From a virus (lineage: Duplodnaviria > Caudoviricetes): a DNA stretch of 64,000 nucleotides. Below, one piece after another: positions 1 through 9,664 of this stretch. A program made the position numbers and the translations under genes. The DNA is taken from the IMG/VR virus record IMGVR_UViG_3300024269_000024, positions 32,001 to 96,000 of that record. One strand, given 5' to 3'. The notes beneath the pieces are model-generated. The model had not been told where the DNA came from and ran no database searches. It saw only the letters and a list, made by a program, of their open reading frames with translations. Position 1 is the first letter of the stretch. Each line of letters starts with the position of its first letter.

Positions 1-392
1 TCACTGGTGTAGTTACTGGATCTGAAGTAATATTTGACGCCACGCCAGCCGACGTTAGAATTGGAAAAAAGTTTGCCAGTAACGAAGGTATTCAGGTTGG
101 TGAACTGGTTGTTTCATCAAGCTACGGATCTATAGTATTGTCTGCTAATAGTGAAGCAGCCATTCCGGCTCCAGAGTACGAATACAGCCATTTAATGGTT
201 ACAATATGCCGTTATGATACAAATGAGGAGCAAAGTGTAGTTCCCATGTATGTATCAGTTGGTGACGCAATGTATGATGCAATCAGTGGCACAAAGTTGT
301 CTGACATTGCTGTTGACACAGAAAATGGGCAGATTAACTTGGGCATCACAGTAAACGAAGAATATGTGCTGAGATATTGCGTTATAGGTTAA
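1..392 (+). CDS. Phage fibre-associated protein, 5'-truncated by the window
   Basis: The frame of ORF 138..392 is open back to base 3 (TGVVTGSEVIFDATPADVRIGKKF...). The 'DATPADVxxGKxF' motif is typical of phage fibre proteins. Confidence 0.6.
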   Translation, partial: TGVVTGSEVIFDATPADVRIGKKFASNEGIQVGELVVSSSYGSIVLSANSEAAIPAPEYEYSHLMVTICRYDTNEEQSVVPMYVSVGDAMYDAISGTKLSDIAVDTENGQINLGITVNEEYVLRYCVIG

Positions 393-446
393 TAATATTA
401 ATAACATAAAACTAATGATAAAACCTCGTAAAAGGAGGGAAAGAAA

Positions 447-1169
447 ATGGCACAATATGTAACGAAGATTAAAACAGATGCAGGTGACTTGCAAATTGAC
501 TATAATGCGCTGGCCAACCTACCCGATGTTGTTACTAAAGAGTACGGCAATGATACCTATGTAACAAAAGAACTTGGTGCGGCCACATATGCTCCACGTG
601 GTATGGTTTCTCAAACAGTAAGCTATGGCGCAGACGATGATGAAGATGCTATTCTTATGGAGCTGTTTGCGGCAACACCCAACAATACACAGAGAGTAGT
701 TTATGCAGTAAATAATGGCTCTCCATGGTTTTGGACCATCGCAAAGACATCAGAAGACTATGGTTGTGTAATTGCATATAAGTATGGATATTGGGGTACG
801 CCATTCATAAAGTATAAAAATATTTGGGGCGGAACTGTTGGTAGCGAATGGAGTGTTACAAATCCTGAAATGGAGCCAGGTGTTGAATATAGAACTACAG
901 AATATTGGCGCGGTTATCCAGTATACACTAAATTAGTTGACTTTGGGGCGCTGCCAAAGAGCGCCAAAAAGTCTGTTTCTTATACAGATGTTAGCGTTCG
1001 TTCTGCTATTAGATGTTCTGCCACTACTTCTGCAGGAGATACCATTCCATTAAAGAACGGGAGTCAAGAATTAGCGATTTACGCATCTAATAAAAATATT
1101 CATATCACATCCAACTATGACGCAAGTAGTATGACTAGCTATGCGCAAGTGTGGTATGTTAAAAATTAA
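447..1169 (+). CDS. Putative tail fibre/receptor-binding subunit
   Basis: AAGGAGG RBS; 240 aa; 'NPEMEPGVEYRTTEYWRGYPVYTK' followed by a beta-rich C-terminus resembles fibre tip modules of Bacillota phages. Confidence 0.6.
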   Translation: MAQYVTKIKTDAGDLQIDYNALANLPDVVTKEYGNDTYVTKELGAATYAPRGMVSQTVSYGADDDEDAILMELFAATPNNTQRVVYAVNNGSPWFWTIAKTSEDYGCVIAYKYGYWGTPFIKYKNIWGGTVGSEWSVTNPEMEPGVEYRTTEYWRGYPVYTKLVDFGALPKSAKKSVSYTDVSVRSAIRCSATTSAGDTIPLKNGSQELAIYASNKNIHITSNYDASSMTSYAQVWYVKN

Positions 1170-1177
1170 TAATACGT

Positions 1178-1206
1178 AGGAGTCAACTATCCCTTGGCTC
1201 CTTTTA
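1178..1206 (+). terminator. Intrinsic terminator-like hairpin
   Basis: AGGAGTCAA-loop-TTGGCTCCT followed by a T run, just after the stop at 1169. Confidence 0.55.
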
Positions 1207-1226
1207 ATTTAAAAGGAGGGATATAA

Positions 1227-1538
1227 ATGGCAACAAAACGAGTTCAAATTATTGGTTCTCTGCTTAAGCCTAGTGCAAAAATATCTAATGTAGAGCTGTT
1301 GTCGGCAAACTGGATGGGTGATGCAAGCCCATATTATCAGGTAGTTGATGTCGAAGGTGCGACACCATGTAGCCAGGTTGACTTGACTCCTAGCATTGAG
1401 CAGTTGAATATTTTCTACGAAAAAGATTTGAGTTTTGTAACCGAAAATGAAGATGGTATTGTAACTGTATATGCAATTGGTCAAAAGCCAGAGAATGATT
1501 ACACTATTCAAGTCACCATTACGGAGGTGAGCTCATGA
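1227..1538 (+). CDS. Small fibre-associated beta protein
   Basis: AAGGAGG RBS; 103 aa; 'LLSANW.G..SPY.Q.V.V.G.T' motif common in phage fibre modules; ATGA overlap with the next gene. Confidence 0.6.
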   Translation: MATKRVQIIGSLLKPSAKISNVELLSANWMGDASPYYQVVDVEGATPCSQVDLTPSIEQLNIFYEKDLSFVTENEDGIVTVYAIGQKPENDYTIQVTITEVSS

Positions 1539-2182
1539 GCAAGATTATTGGCGTGACTGTTGGAACACCATTGCCTAAGCCAAATTTTAAACAAACTGAC
1601 CCCACCAAGGGTGATTATATTAAAAATAAACCCATATTATCTACAGTTGCTACTTCTGGTTCTTGGGGCGATCTCAAGGATAAGCCGTTCGGTGAAGAGG
1701 GTTGGACTATTGAGTGGGACGGCGATATAACCGACAAGGAAACTGTGACTTTGGACGGGCTGGAGCTTGTGCGCGTTTCTGACAACACGATTGCGCTTTC
1801 CGATGTACTGGGTAGCGTGGTGAGTTATGAGATTTCATACGATGGTGTTGAAACAAGAACATTCTGTGTCACCGAGGATTGTGTTGCTGACGGCGAAGGA
1901 TTGATGTTTGCAATTACACACACAGGCTCTGATACTGGTGTTCCGATTGTTATAATTTGCAATCAAGACTTGGGAGAGTATGGCATATCAATGCGTGAGG
2001 GCGTATATTTCGCAAACAAATTTGTGCATGCGCGTTCTATTTCCAGTACAACCATCAAGACCATCGACGAAACCTACATCCCAGACACAATTGCTCGCGC
2101 ATCAGATGTTGAAGCGAACACTTCTGAGATAAATGCATTCACTCCTATCACTTATGCTGAAATTGAAGCGCTTTTCGATTAA
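1535..2182 (+). CDS. Fibre/adhesin subunit carrying a KPFGE...YIPDTIAR cassette
   Basis: GGAGGTG RBS; 215 aa; shares boundary motifs with the genes at 2295, 5863, 6577 and 7824. Confidence 0.65.
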   Translation: MSKIIGVTVGTPLPKPNFKQTDPTKGDYIKNKPILSTVATSGSWGDLKDKPFGEEGWTIEWDGDITDKETVTLDGLELVRVSDNTIALSDVLGSVVSYEISYDGVETRTFCVTEDCVADGEGLMFAITHTGSDTGVPIVIICNQDLGEYGISMREGVYFANKFVHARSISSTTIKTIDETYIPDTIARASDVEANTSEINAFTPITYAEIEALFD

Positions 2183-2294
2183 TTAAATAATCAACAAATG
2201 CATGTAGGCCATTAATTTAGCCTATTTTTTATAGACATATATTATATTTATTTTTATATTATTTAAAATTTAAATAGCAAAGGAGAAATTTATT

Positions 2295-4226
2295 ATGGCT
2301 GAAATTAAAAAGTATTTATCTCTTGATAGACTGGCACAGTACGATGCTCTAATCAAAGCAAAGATTGATAATGATATTTCTGGCGTAAATGCTTCTATTT
2401 CTGATATTACATCTGGTTCTACAGTAGTAAAGAAGGCTGAAGAAGCTACTTCTGCAACAAAGGCAACTCAGGATGCTTCTGGCAATGTAATTACTGATAC
2501 ATATGAAACCAAAACTGATGCTCAAGCAAAATTAGATGAAGCAAAAGGCTATACTGATACTGCCGAAGCTAATGCCAAGGCGTATGCAGACGGCAAGGAC
2601 GCTGCTATTCAGGCCGCTCAAAAGGCTGGCGATGATGCTGCTGCTGCCGCTGGTGTTGCCGATGGTAAAGCTGTTAAGGCTCAGGGTGATGTTGACACTT
2701 TGAAGGGCTACGTCGGCACTATTCCTGCTGATGCAACTGCAACAAACGTTGTCGCTTATGTTCAGGAGAAGACTGCTGGCATCGCATCTGAAAGTGCAAT
2801 GATTGAGTTGGGCAATCGTGTTGGTGTTGTTGAGGGCAAAGTTGCTACTATTGAAGGCGATTATTTAAAGGCTGCTGACAAAACCGAACTTCAGAATGCT
2901 ATCGACGCTAAGGTTGCTCAGACCGATTATGACACTAAGATGGGTCAAATTGACGAGAAAACTGAGAGCTTGCAGACTCAGATTAATACTATTATGAACA
3001 ACCCTGATGCTGAGGGTGCTATTAACTCTATTAATGAGTTTACTAAGTATGTTGAAGATCATGGCACTATCGCTGACGGTTTCCGCGCTGATATTGACAA
3101 GAACAAGGATGATATTGCTGCTGAAGTGAAGAGAGCTGGCGAAGCTGAGACTGCTTTGTCTGGTCGTTTAGACACCTTGGAAGCTATCAATCATGATGCA
3201 TATATTGCCGCCGACGAAGCTATGAAGAATGAGCTTGATGGCGATATTGCCGATCTTGCTGCTGCTATTGAAGCTGCTAAGACAGATGCTGCCAATAAGG
3301 ATGCCGTTGTTCTTGCTGAAGCCCAGAAAGCCACTCAAAAGGCTGCTGTTGCTGCTCAAATTAAATTTAACGAATTGAATGAAAAAATTGTGCAGAGCGA
3401 CTGGTCTGTAAATGACGAGAGTGATTCTGCTTATATTAAAGGCAGAACCCATTGGGTTGAAGAAGGGTCTTATGAAGTCAGTGGAACTTTTGATGGTGAT
3501 ATTAGTTCTAAGACGTACATGAAGGAGCTTGGTGGTGCAAATAAGGGCTATGTTCGATTAACAAGTGATACTATAACAAATTTTGATAATTTTATAGATG
3601 GTGAAATTATTCTTTATGATGAAAAAAATGATACCGATTATCGTTATAGTGTAGATATTGTTAAAATAAATAATGATATAAGTGCCACGGATAGAGTCGT
3701 TGCTGGCACTGTTTATGGTTTCGCTTCTAGTGATGGAGATATAATTATCGCAACAGAAGGCAGCGCTGGACTTGTAACAGTTTATGCTGGTGGTAGACAA
3801 GGGATGCGTGTCCCGCTAACAGGCCCTGGCATTTGGGTATGGTACGACAATAGCGGCACCAATTTAGTTAAGATGGAATATATTTCTAGTTATAGTTTCA
3901 GATTTGCAGATGAAGTGGCTCATCCATTAGATGAAAAATTTATCCCAGATTCTATTGCGCGTGAGTCTGATATTGAAGCTCTTGAGAGTGCCGACAATGC
4001 TCTATCTGGACGTTTGGATGCTCTGGAAGCTATTGATCATAGCCATAGTAATAAGACTATTCTGGATAGTATTACTGCCGAAAATATTACCACTTGGAAC
4101 ACTGTTACTTCTAAGGCTGCACAAGCAGATTTAACTGCTGTTGGCGACAGAGTTACTGCAATTGAGACTTGGCGTGATAATTTCGTTGAAATTTCTGAGG
4201 AAGAAATTAACGGCATGTTCGCCTAA
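2295..4226 (+). CDS. Ala-rich coiled-coil fibre protein with an inserted globular cassette
   Basis: AAGGAG RBS; 643 aa; heptad-like Ala/Asp/Lys-rich shaft; AT-richer insert at about 3390-3960; shares motifs with the 21857 gene. Confidence 0.7.
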   Translation: MAEIKKYLSLDRLAQYDALIKAKIDNDISGVNASISDITSGSTVVKKAEEATSATKATQDASGNVITDTYETKTDAQAKLDEAKGYTDTAEANAKAYADGKDAAIQAAQKAGDDAAAAAGVADGKAVKAQGDVDTLKGYVGTIPADATATNVVAYVQEKTAGIASESAMIELGNRVGVVEGKVATIEGDYLKAADKTELQNAIDAKVAQTDYDTKMGQIDEKTESLQTQINTIMNNPDAEGAINSINEFTKYVEDHGTIADGFRADIDKNKDDIAAEVKRAGEAETALSGRLDTLEAINHDAYIAADEAMKNELDGDIADLAAAIEAAKTDAANKDAVVLAEAQKATQKAAVAAQIKFNELNEKIVQSDWSVNDESDSAYIKGRTHWVEEGSYEVSGTFDGDISSKTYMKELGGANKGYVRLTSDTITNFDNFIDGEIILYDEKNDTDYRYSVDIVKINNDISATDRVVAGTVYGFASSDGDIIIATEGSAGLVTVYAGGRQGMRVPLTGPGIWVWYDNSGTNLVKMEYISSYSFRFADEVAHPLDEKFIPDSIARESDIEALESADNALSGRLDALEAIDHSHSNKTILDSITAENITTWNTVTSKAAQADLTAVGDRVTAIETWRDNFVEISEEEINGMFA

Positions 4227-4254
4227 TTTAAAGTCGTTTGATTAATAATATGTA

Positions 4255-4285
4255 GAAAGACCCTTTAATTAGGGTCTTTCGTTTT
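4255..4285 (+). terminator. Intrinsic terminator-like hairpin
   Basis: GAAAGACCCT-TTAATT-AGGGTCTTTC followed by GTTTT. Confidence 0.65.
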
Positions 4286-4305
4286 AAATTAGAAGGAGAA
4301 ATTTT

Positions 4306-5676
4306 ATGGCAAAGATTGATATTACCTTTAATAATAAAAATTACTCTATTCACGAATCCTCTCTTTCTGACGTTTCTGACGCTTTAAAGTCTCACTTATC
4401 CACTACCATGAGTGGTTCTGGTGCAATGATTAATCTTGGTGGAGATTCTTATAGTGTTGATTCTGAAAAGTTATCTGCTGCTACTAATGCTTTTGTTTCA
4501 CATTTAGGCACTATTACTGGTAGTAGTTCTAAGGTTGTCGTTGGTGAAAATGAGTATGGCATTGATTATAATAAGGTCAATGAGGCGATTTTGGAATTGG
4601 AAACTGTTTTAAGCAATTTACATAATTCTGACAGTCCTGATATTCCGATTGCTAAAAATGTTGTGTTAGAAGTTAATAAAATAACAGATACTACCTATGT
4701 AGATGATACTGCTTATAACGACGAAGAATTTATTTTGCTTAATATCTATCCAAAAACGAATGGTATGATTTTTATCACCTATGGTGATTTGACCAAAGTC
4801 ATTATAGATACAAGTGGGGCAGCAGAGCCAGCTAAACAGCAAGTTTTCTTTGGTACTTTTAATGGCGTATCTGACTCTGTAACAACACCTTCTAGTGGCA
4901 TATTGACGATTGAGGGCGATTATAGAGATTTTGGTGTAGGATCATATGATACTAAGCATAATTTTAATTTTTATAATGGCATAACTGCTGTTCATGATTT
5001 TGGAAATGTTACTAGTCTTGATCGTACATTCTGGGGCTGTACAAATCTTACAAGCATAACTATTCCTAATAGCATTACCAGTATTGGTTATAGCGCATTC
5101 CAAAATACAGGTCTTACAAGTGTTATTATCCCCGATAGCGTTATTAGTCTTGGTGATAATGCGTTTAGAGATTGTGTAAATCTTACAAGCGTTACTATTC
5201 CCAATAGTGTTACTGATTTAGGTAATAATACGTTCTGGGGCTGCACAAGCCTTACGAATATCACTATTCCCAATAGCGTTACTAGTATTAAACATTATGT
5301 ATTCCATGAATGTACGGGTCTTACAAATGTAATTATTCCTGATAGTGTCGTTCACATTGGTCAGGAAGCGTTCTATGGCTGTACAAGCCTTATGAATATT
5401 ACTATTCCCAATAGTGTTACTGACATTTCTGGTAGCGCATTCCAAAATACAGGTCTTACAAGTATTACCATTCCTGATAGTGTCGTTCACATTGGCATGG
5501 AAACATTCTCTAATTGTACAAATCTTACAAGTGTTAGTTTTGACAATACAGATGGTTGGTTCGTTTCAAAACATAGTACTGCCACGAGTGGCACACCTAT
5601 AGATGTAACAGATCCTGTTGCGAATGTGACACTGTTAACTGACACTTATAGCAATTATTATTGGAAACGAGCTTAG
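4306..5676 (+). CDS. BspA-type (LRR_5) leucine-rich repeat adhesin
   Basis: About 8 repeats of 'F.xCTxLTSITIPxSVTxIGxxA' in the C-terminal half; three short N-terminal repeats; AAGGAG RBS. Confidence 0.85.
   Translation: MAKIDITFNNKNYSIHESSLSDVSDALKSHLSTTMSGSGAMINLGGDSYSVDSEKLSAATNAFVSHLGTITGSSSKVVVGENEYGIDYNKVNEAILELETVLSNLHNSDSPDIPIAKNVVLEVNKITDTTYVDDTAYNDEEFILLNIYPKTNGMIFITYGDLTKVIIDTSGAAEPAKQQVFFGTFNGVSDSVTTPSSGILTIEGDYRDFGVGSYDTKHNFNFYNGITAVHDFGNVTSLDRTFWGCTNLTSITIPNSITSIGYSAFQNTGLTSVIIPDSVISLGDNAFRDCVNLTSVTIPNSVTDLGNNTFWGCTSLTNITIPNSVTSIKHYVFHECTGLTNVIIPDSVVHIGQEAFYGCTSLMNITIPNSVTDISGSAFQNTGLTSITIPDSVVHIGMETFSNCTNLTSVSFDNTDGWFVSKHSTATSGTPIDVTDPVANVTLLTDTYSNYYWKRA
5030..5540 (+). repeat. 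Coding tandem repeats (about 66-69 bp) of the BspA LRR array
   Basis: Near-identical copies, e.g. AGCGCATTCCAAAATACAGGTCTTACAAGT near 5092 and 5434, and ATTCCTGATAGTGTCGTTCACATTGG near 5335 and 5470. Confidence 0.8.
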
Positions 5677-5701
5677 AACTAAATAAAAATTACTAAATAC
5701 A

Positions 5702-5725
5702 AGAGGGGATTTTGCTATCCCCTCT
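5702..5725 (+). terminator. Hairpin downstream of the LRR gene
   Basis: AGAGGGGAT-TTTGCT-ATCCCCTCT; the T tract is weak. Confidence 0.45.
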
Positions 5726-5862
5726 AAATGAGCATTCTATTAGAAATATTTCTAAAGAAAATCTTAATCACATATTTAATTAGTACTCATGTATAATGCG
5801 CAAATACATGGCTATTAGTTAACTAAGCTGACAAATTATAAATTTTGAAAGGAGATTTCAAA

Positions 5863-6564
5863 ATGCCTGATTCAATTAAAAAATATTTGTCTCTTGATAG
5901 ATTGAAAAAATATGACGAGTTGATCAAGACAAAGATTGACAGTGATATTGCCAATCATAAGCATAGCTGGAATGAGTTGAACGATAAGCCGTTCGGCGAG
6001 GAAAGTATTGAGCGCATCGAAATTGATATGATGGGACAGACTATAGGATTCTTGAAAGTTTCGGACAATACTGAGCTCGCTGTATCTCCTGCGGCTGATG
6101 GTATGGCAAAAGTTTGGCGTACTATATCAGAAGTTTCTGACTTTAATAACGCACCGTGGGTGTTGGTAGATGATAAAGTCGCTGCAATTTCTGAACTGAT
6201 GGTACTTGTATTTTTTGAAGATGTTGAGAATTACGAAGTGGAAGAAATCGTCTTTAATGCAACAAAAGGCGTATACTTCATGGACACTAGGGCACTGGGC
6301 TATGAAGCCTTTTTATCTGGATTTGCAAGCGATTCTAAAGCTACTGAACCTGAAATCACTTGGGATGGTAATGATTCATATATTAAGCAGCTTGATGAAA
6401 AGTATATTCCAGATACCATCGCTCGCGTAGAAGACATTCCAGAGATCGAAGTCGCTACAGACGAAGAAGTAATTACAATGCTAATGGAACTAGATATGCT
6501 CCCAACATTCGTTGATAGCGAAGGAGCTCTATTAATTGATAACAATGGTTCAATTCCAATTTAA
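5863..6564 (+). CDS. Fibre/adhesin subunit with IKKYLSLDRL N-terminus and KPFGE...YIPDTIAR cassette
   Basis: The ATG at 5863 follows AAAGGAG, so it is preferred over 5845. The N-terminus is nearly identical to that of the 2295 gene. Confidence 0.7.
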   Translation: MPDSIKKYLSLDRLKKYDELIKTKIDSDIANHKHSWNELNDKPFGEESIERIEIDMMGQTIGFLKVSDNTELAVSPAADGMAKVWRTISEVSDFNNAPWVLVDDKVAAISELMVLVFFEDVENYEVEEIVFNATKGVYFMDTRALGYEAFLSGFASDSKATEPEITWDGNDSYIKQLDEKYIPDTIARVEDIPEIEVATDEEVITMLMELDMLPTFVDSEGALLIDNNGSIPI

Positions 6565-6576
6565 GGAGGAACTTAT

Positions 6577-7761
6577 ATGACAAACATTAATTTAAAAAAT
6601 ATTGCAAATATTCCTGTTGTAGAAAGCATGAGTGATAATACTCATTTACTTGCGGAGCAGGAAGGAAATTATGTAAGAGTACCAAAAAATAGTGTTAATG
6701 GTGGTGGCTCTGACATCCCAATGTCGCGTGGACTTAAAAAAGTTGTCTATAACGGCAATAAGGACGATTATGAAATAGTTGATATGGATGAAATGTGCTT
6801 TGTACGTGTCATGGAAGACGTTATTTCTGAAGACGATCTAATTGGTGGAAAATGTACATATTTTTGGATAATAGAAAGTAATACAAAAAAAATTACTGAT
6901 GAAATGATTTTTGTAGCATCAGAAAATATTGTAGGCGTCGATGTTGCAGGCACGCTTATAATTCTCTTATGCTCACAAGATGGTAGTACCTATAACGACT
7001 TAACATTCAATAAAGGTGTATATGTTACAGACAATGGCAGTGATAAAGTTATTCAATCATTTGAATATTATGGAGAAGTAATTAGCCAAGATATCCTTCC
7101 GCGAGATATTGTTTGTGACTGGTCAAATATAACTAATAAACCATTTGGTGAAACACCAATCGAAATTGTATCTGAATTTGAATGTGAATTTTCAGATAGT
7201 TATCCATATAGCAACATTACATCAATTCCTCCATTTACTATTGAAGATAAAAAGAAATATACCGTTATATGGGATGGAGAAACTTATACCTGTACAGCAG
7301 ACATTAATTGTTTTGGAGATGCTAGTTGTCAAATTGCACAAGTACAACCATCAGAAGAGCCATTTTATATGCTAATGAACGAATATGGTGAAATAGAAAT
7401 ATATGCAGAATCTCCAGGAATGCATACTATAACCATTTATGGCGAAGAAACATATACTATTGATCCCAGGTATCTTCCACCTGAGGCGGGTTGCAGTGCG
7501 TTAAATGTTGTGGTTGAAATGTATAATTCTGATTATATATGTGACACCACTCGCGAGGCTATTGCAAACGCACTCAACTCCAGAAAGCCAGTATATATTA
7601 CGCTTGTAGATTTTAATATTGGATCTGGTATTGTAATGCAAATGTACCCATTAAAAAGGTTGGTATTTGAAGAAAACGGCAATATTAATATGGAGTTTGA
7701 GGGCGACCATCGTATTACATATAACACGGACGAAATGATTTTTGAAACCATACCTTCTTAA
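6577..7761 (+). CDS. Fibre/adhesin subunit with two cassette domains
   Basis: AAGGAGG RBS; acidic 394 aa; 'DWSNITNKPFGE...TIDPRYLP' boundaries. Confidence 0.65.
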   Translation: MTNINLKNIANIPVVESMSDNTHLLAEQEGNYVRVPKNSVNGGGSDIPMSRGLKKVVYNGNKDDYEIVDMDEMCFVRVMEDVISEDDLIGGKCTYFWIIESNTKKITDEMIFVASENIVGVDVAGTLIILLCSQDGSTYNDLTFNKGVYVTDNGSDKVIQSFEYYGEVISQDILPRDIVCDWSNITNKPFGETPIEIVSEFECEFSDSYPYSNITSIPPFTIEDKKKYTVIWDGETYTCTADINCFGDASCQIAQVQPSEEPFYMLMNEYGEIEIYAESPGMHTITIYGEETYTIDPRYLPPEAGCSALNVVVEMYNSDYICDTTREAIANALNSRKPVYITLVDFNIGSGIVMQMYPLKRLVFEENGNINMEFEGDHRITYNTDEMIFETIPS

Positions 7762-7768
7762 TACATAT

Positions 7769-7799
7769 AAAGGCGGTAGTTTAATTCTACCGCCTTTTT
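7769..7799 (+). terminator. Intrinsic terminator
   Basis: AAAGGCGGTAG-TTTAATT-CTACCGCCTTT followed by TT. Confidence 0.7.
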
Positions 7800-7823
7800 A
7801 ACTAAATAACATGAGGTGATTAA

Positions 7824-9650
7824 ATGGAAAAACTAACACCTTTAAATGGTTTACGCAATAGTATTGCGTCAATAAAAAGTATTTTAGACACAAAAGCAAA
7901 TAAAGAAGATATCCGAGCAAACGTACAACCAGACTGGAACCAGAATGATGAAACGGCAGATGATTATGTTAAGAATAGGCCGTTTTATACTGGTGAGCCT
8001 AAGTCAATCACCGTTGAGATTTTGCCAGAAATAAATAGTGCATCCATTGAGGGTGATATTATACTTTCAGAACCTTTGGTAGAAGGTAGAACTTATACCG
8101 TTACATGTGATGGTATTGAGTATGAATGCGTTGCACGCAATTATGATGGTTATTTGATGTTGGGTAATAATGCAATTTATGAATATGATGGGGATATTAC
8201 AACTGATACTGGTGAACCTTTTGCAATGGAAACAGAAGAAACAAGCACAACATTGTGGGTGTATATGGCAGAAGAAAAAGATTTTACTTTGTCAATTTCT
8301 TACTCTGTAATTCAAGAAAATATCGTAAAGCTTCCTATGAAGTATCTACCCGACGGATATCCATATAAAGAAAGCTATTCTGGAGAAATTGTACCAGAGA
8401 CTACAATAAATATTGAAAGTACAGGCGATCCTGTTTTTGATCCGTTTGTAATTGAGTTTGTGGCTGGTGGCATTTATAATGTAACTTGGGATGGCATTGA
8501 ATACGAATGCGTGTCATACATTGTCCAAGGCCCAAATTCTCCAAGTATCGGTAATGGAGAAATTGCGGGTGTAAACGGAGGTAATGGAGAGCCATTTTTC
8601 TGTACGGTTTACGAAGGTCAAGTAATGTTGTTTGCAGCCGAAGTTGGTACGCATACAATTTCAATAAGTGGTACAATAGAAAAAGTTGTTCAAATGTCAA
8701 GCGAATATATTCCGAAGTTTACAATCAATGTTGATGTAACATACGACCCGCATCCCAACGCGAGTGCTGCATATTTTTGTACAATGGACAAGAGTGTGGC
8801 AGAAATTGCAAAAGCATACCTTGGTGGACTTGAAATGCGAGCCATAAACAAAGAAACGGGAGAATATTATATTCTGGAAACTGCAAAACAAGGTACGTTT
8901 GGCGATTGGGAATTTGATTTTGTAAACTGGAAGATTGATGGCGACATTCATTTTAAACACTTGCACATGTGGACTCCGAGCAGCGGCGATGCGGTCGCAT
9001 TGTATACAACAGAACAAGCCAATGCCATATATGAAGGAACCAATAATACTAATTATTTGGCGTCAGTACCGGCGGTATGCGATTTTGTAAACTCTAAATG
9101 TTATATCAGCTATAACGAACAAGAATTAACAGAAGAGCAACAAGCTCAGGCAAGAAAAAATATTGGTGCAGCAAATTCAAAATCTGTTGATTGTATCAAT
9201 TTGGTTGACCAAGAAAATGGTTACACATATGCCGTTTGTATGCGCAATGGTACTCTTGTAACATATTGTCAGATTGAGAAAATAGAAGTAACAACTATGC
9301 CCAACAAAACTGAGTATATGGTTGGTGAAATATTCGACCCAACAGGAATTGTAATAACAGCAACTACCTATGATGGAGTATCAAAGGAAGTAACGAATTT
9401 TGAATATGACACTACGCCTATCACAGATAGTACATCATATGTAAAGGTTACTTATACTGAGGGAGGCATGAGTCATGCTGTCGAAGTTCCTGTAGCAGTA
9501 ATACCATTTGATCCTGAGATTGTTCTTGTTGACTTTGATTATACAGATAATGGCAATGGAACTTATACGATTACTGGTTGGAAAGAAACTTATAGTGGTC
9601 AACCAAGTACAGAACTGATAATTCCAAACAATAGTTTAGTTATATTGTAA
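7824..9650 (+). CDS. Multidomain fibre/adhesin: two tandem cassettes, Ig-like domain, C-terminal LRR-cap-like segment
   Basis: 'QPDWNQND..DDYVKNRPFY', a duplicated 'Y.VT.DGIEYECV' domain, 'LTEEQQAQARKNIGA', and Ig-like 'IEVTTMPNKTEY.VGE.FDPTG'. Confidence 0.7.
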   Translation: MEKLTPLNGLRNSIASIKSILDTKANKEDIRANVQPDWNQNDETADDYVKNRPFYTGEPKSITVEILPEINSASIEGDIILSEPLVEGRTYTVTCDGIEYECVARNYDGYLMLGNNAIYEYDGDITTDTGEPFAMETEETSTTLWVYMAEEKDFTLSISYSVIQENIVKLPMKYLPDGYPYKESYSGEIVPETTINIESTGDPVFDPFVIEFVAGGIYNVTWDGIEYECVSYIVQGPNSPSIGNGEIAGVNGGNGEPFFCTVYEGQVMLFAAEVGTHTISISGTIEKVVQMSSEYIPKFTINVDVTYDPHPNASAAYFCTMDKSVAEIAKAYLGGLEMRAINKETGEYYILETAKQGTFGDWEFDFVNWKIDGDIHFKHLHMWTPSSGDAVALYTTEQANAIYEGTNNTNYLASVPAVCDFVNSKCYISYNEQELTEEQQAQARKNIGAANSKSVDCINLVDQENGYTYAVCMRNGTLVTYCQIEKIEVTTMPNKTEYMVGEIFDPTGIVITATTYDGVSKEVTNFEYDTTPITDSTSYVKVTYTEGGMSHAVEVPVAVIPFDPEIVLVDFDYTDNGNGTYTITGWKETYSGQPSTELIIPNNSLVIL

Positions 9651-9664
9651 GGTGGTGAAAAGAT

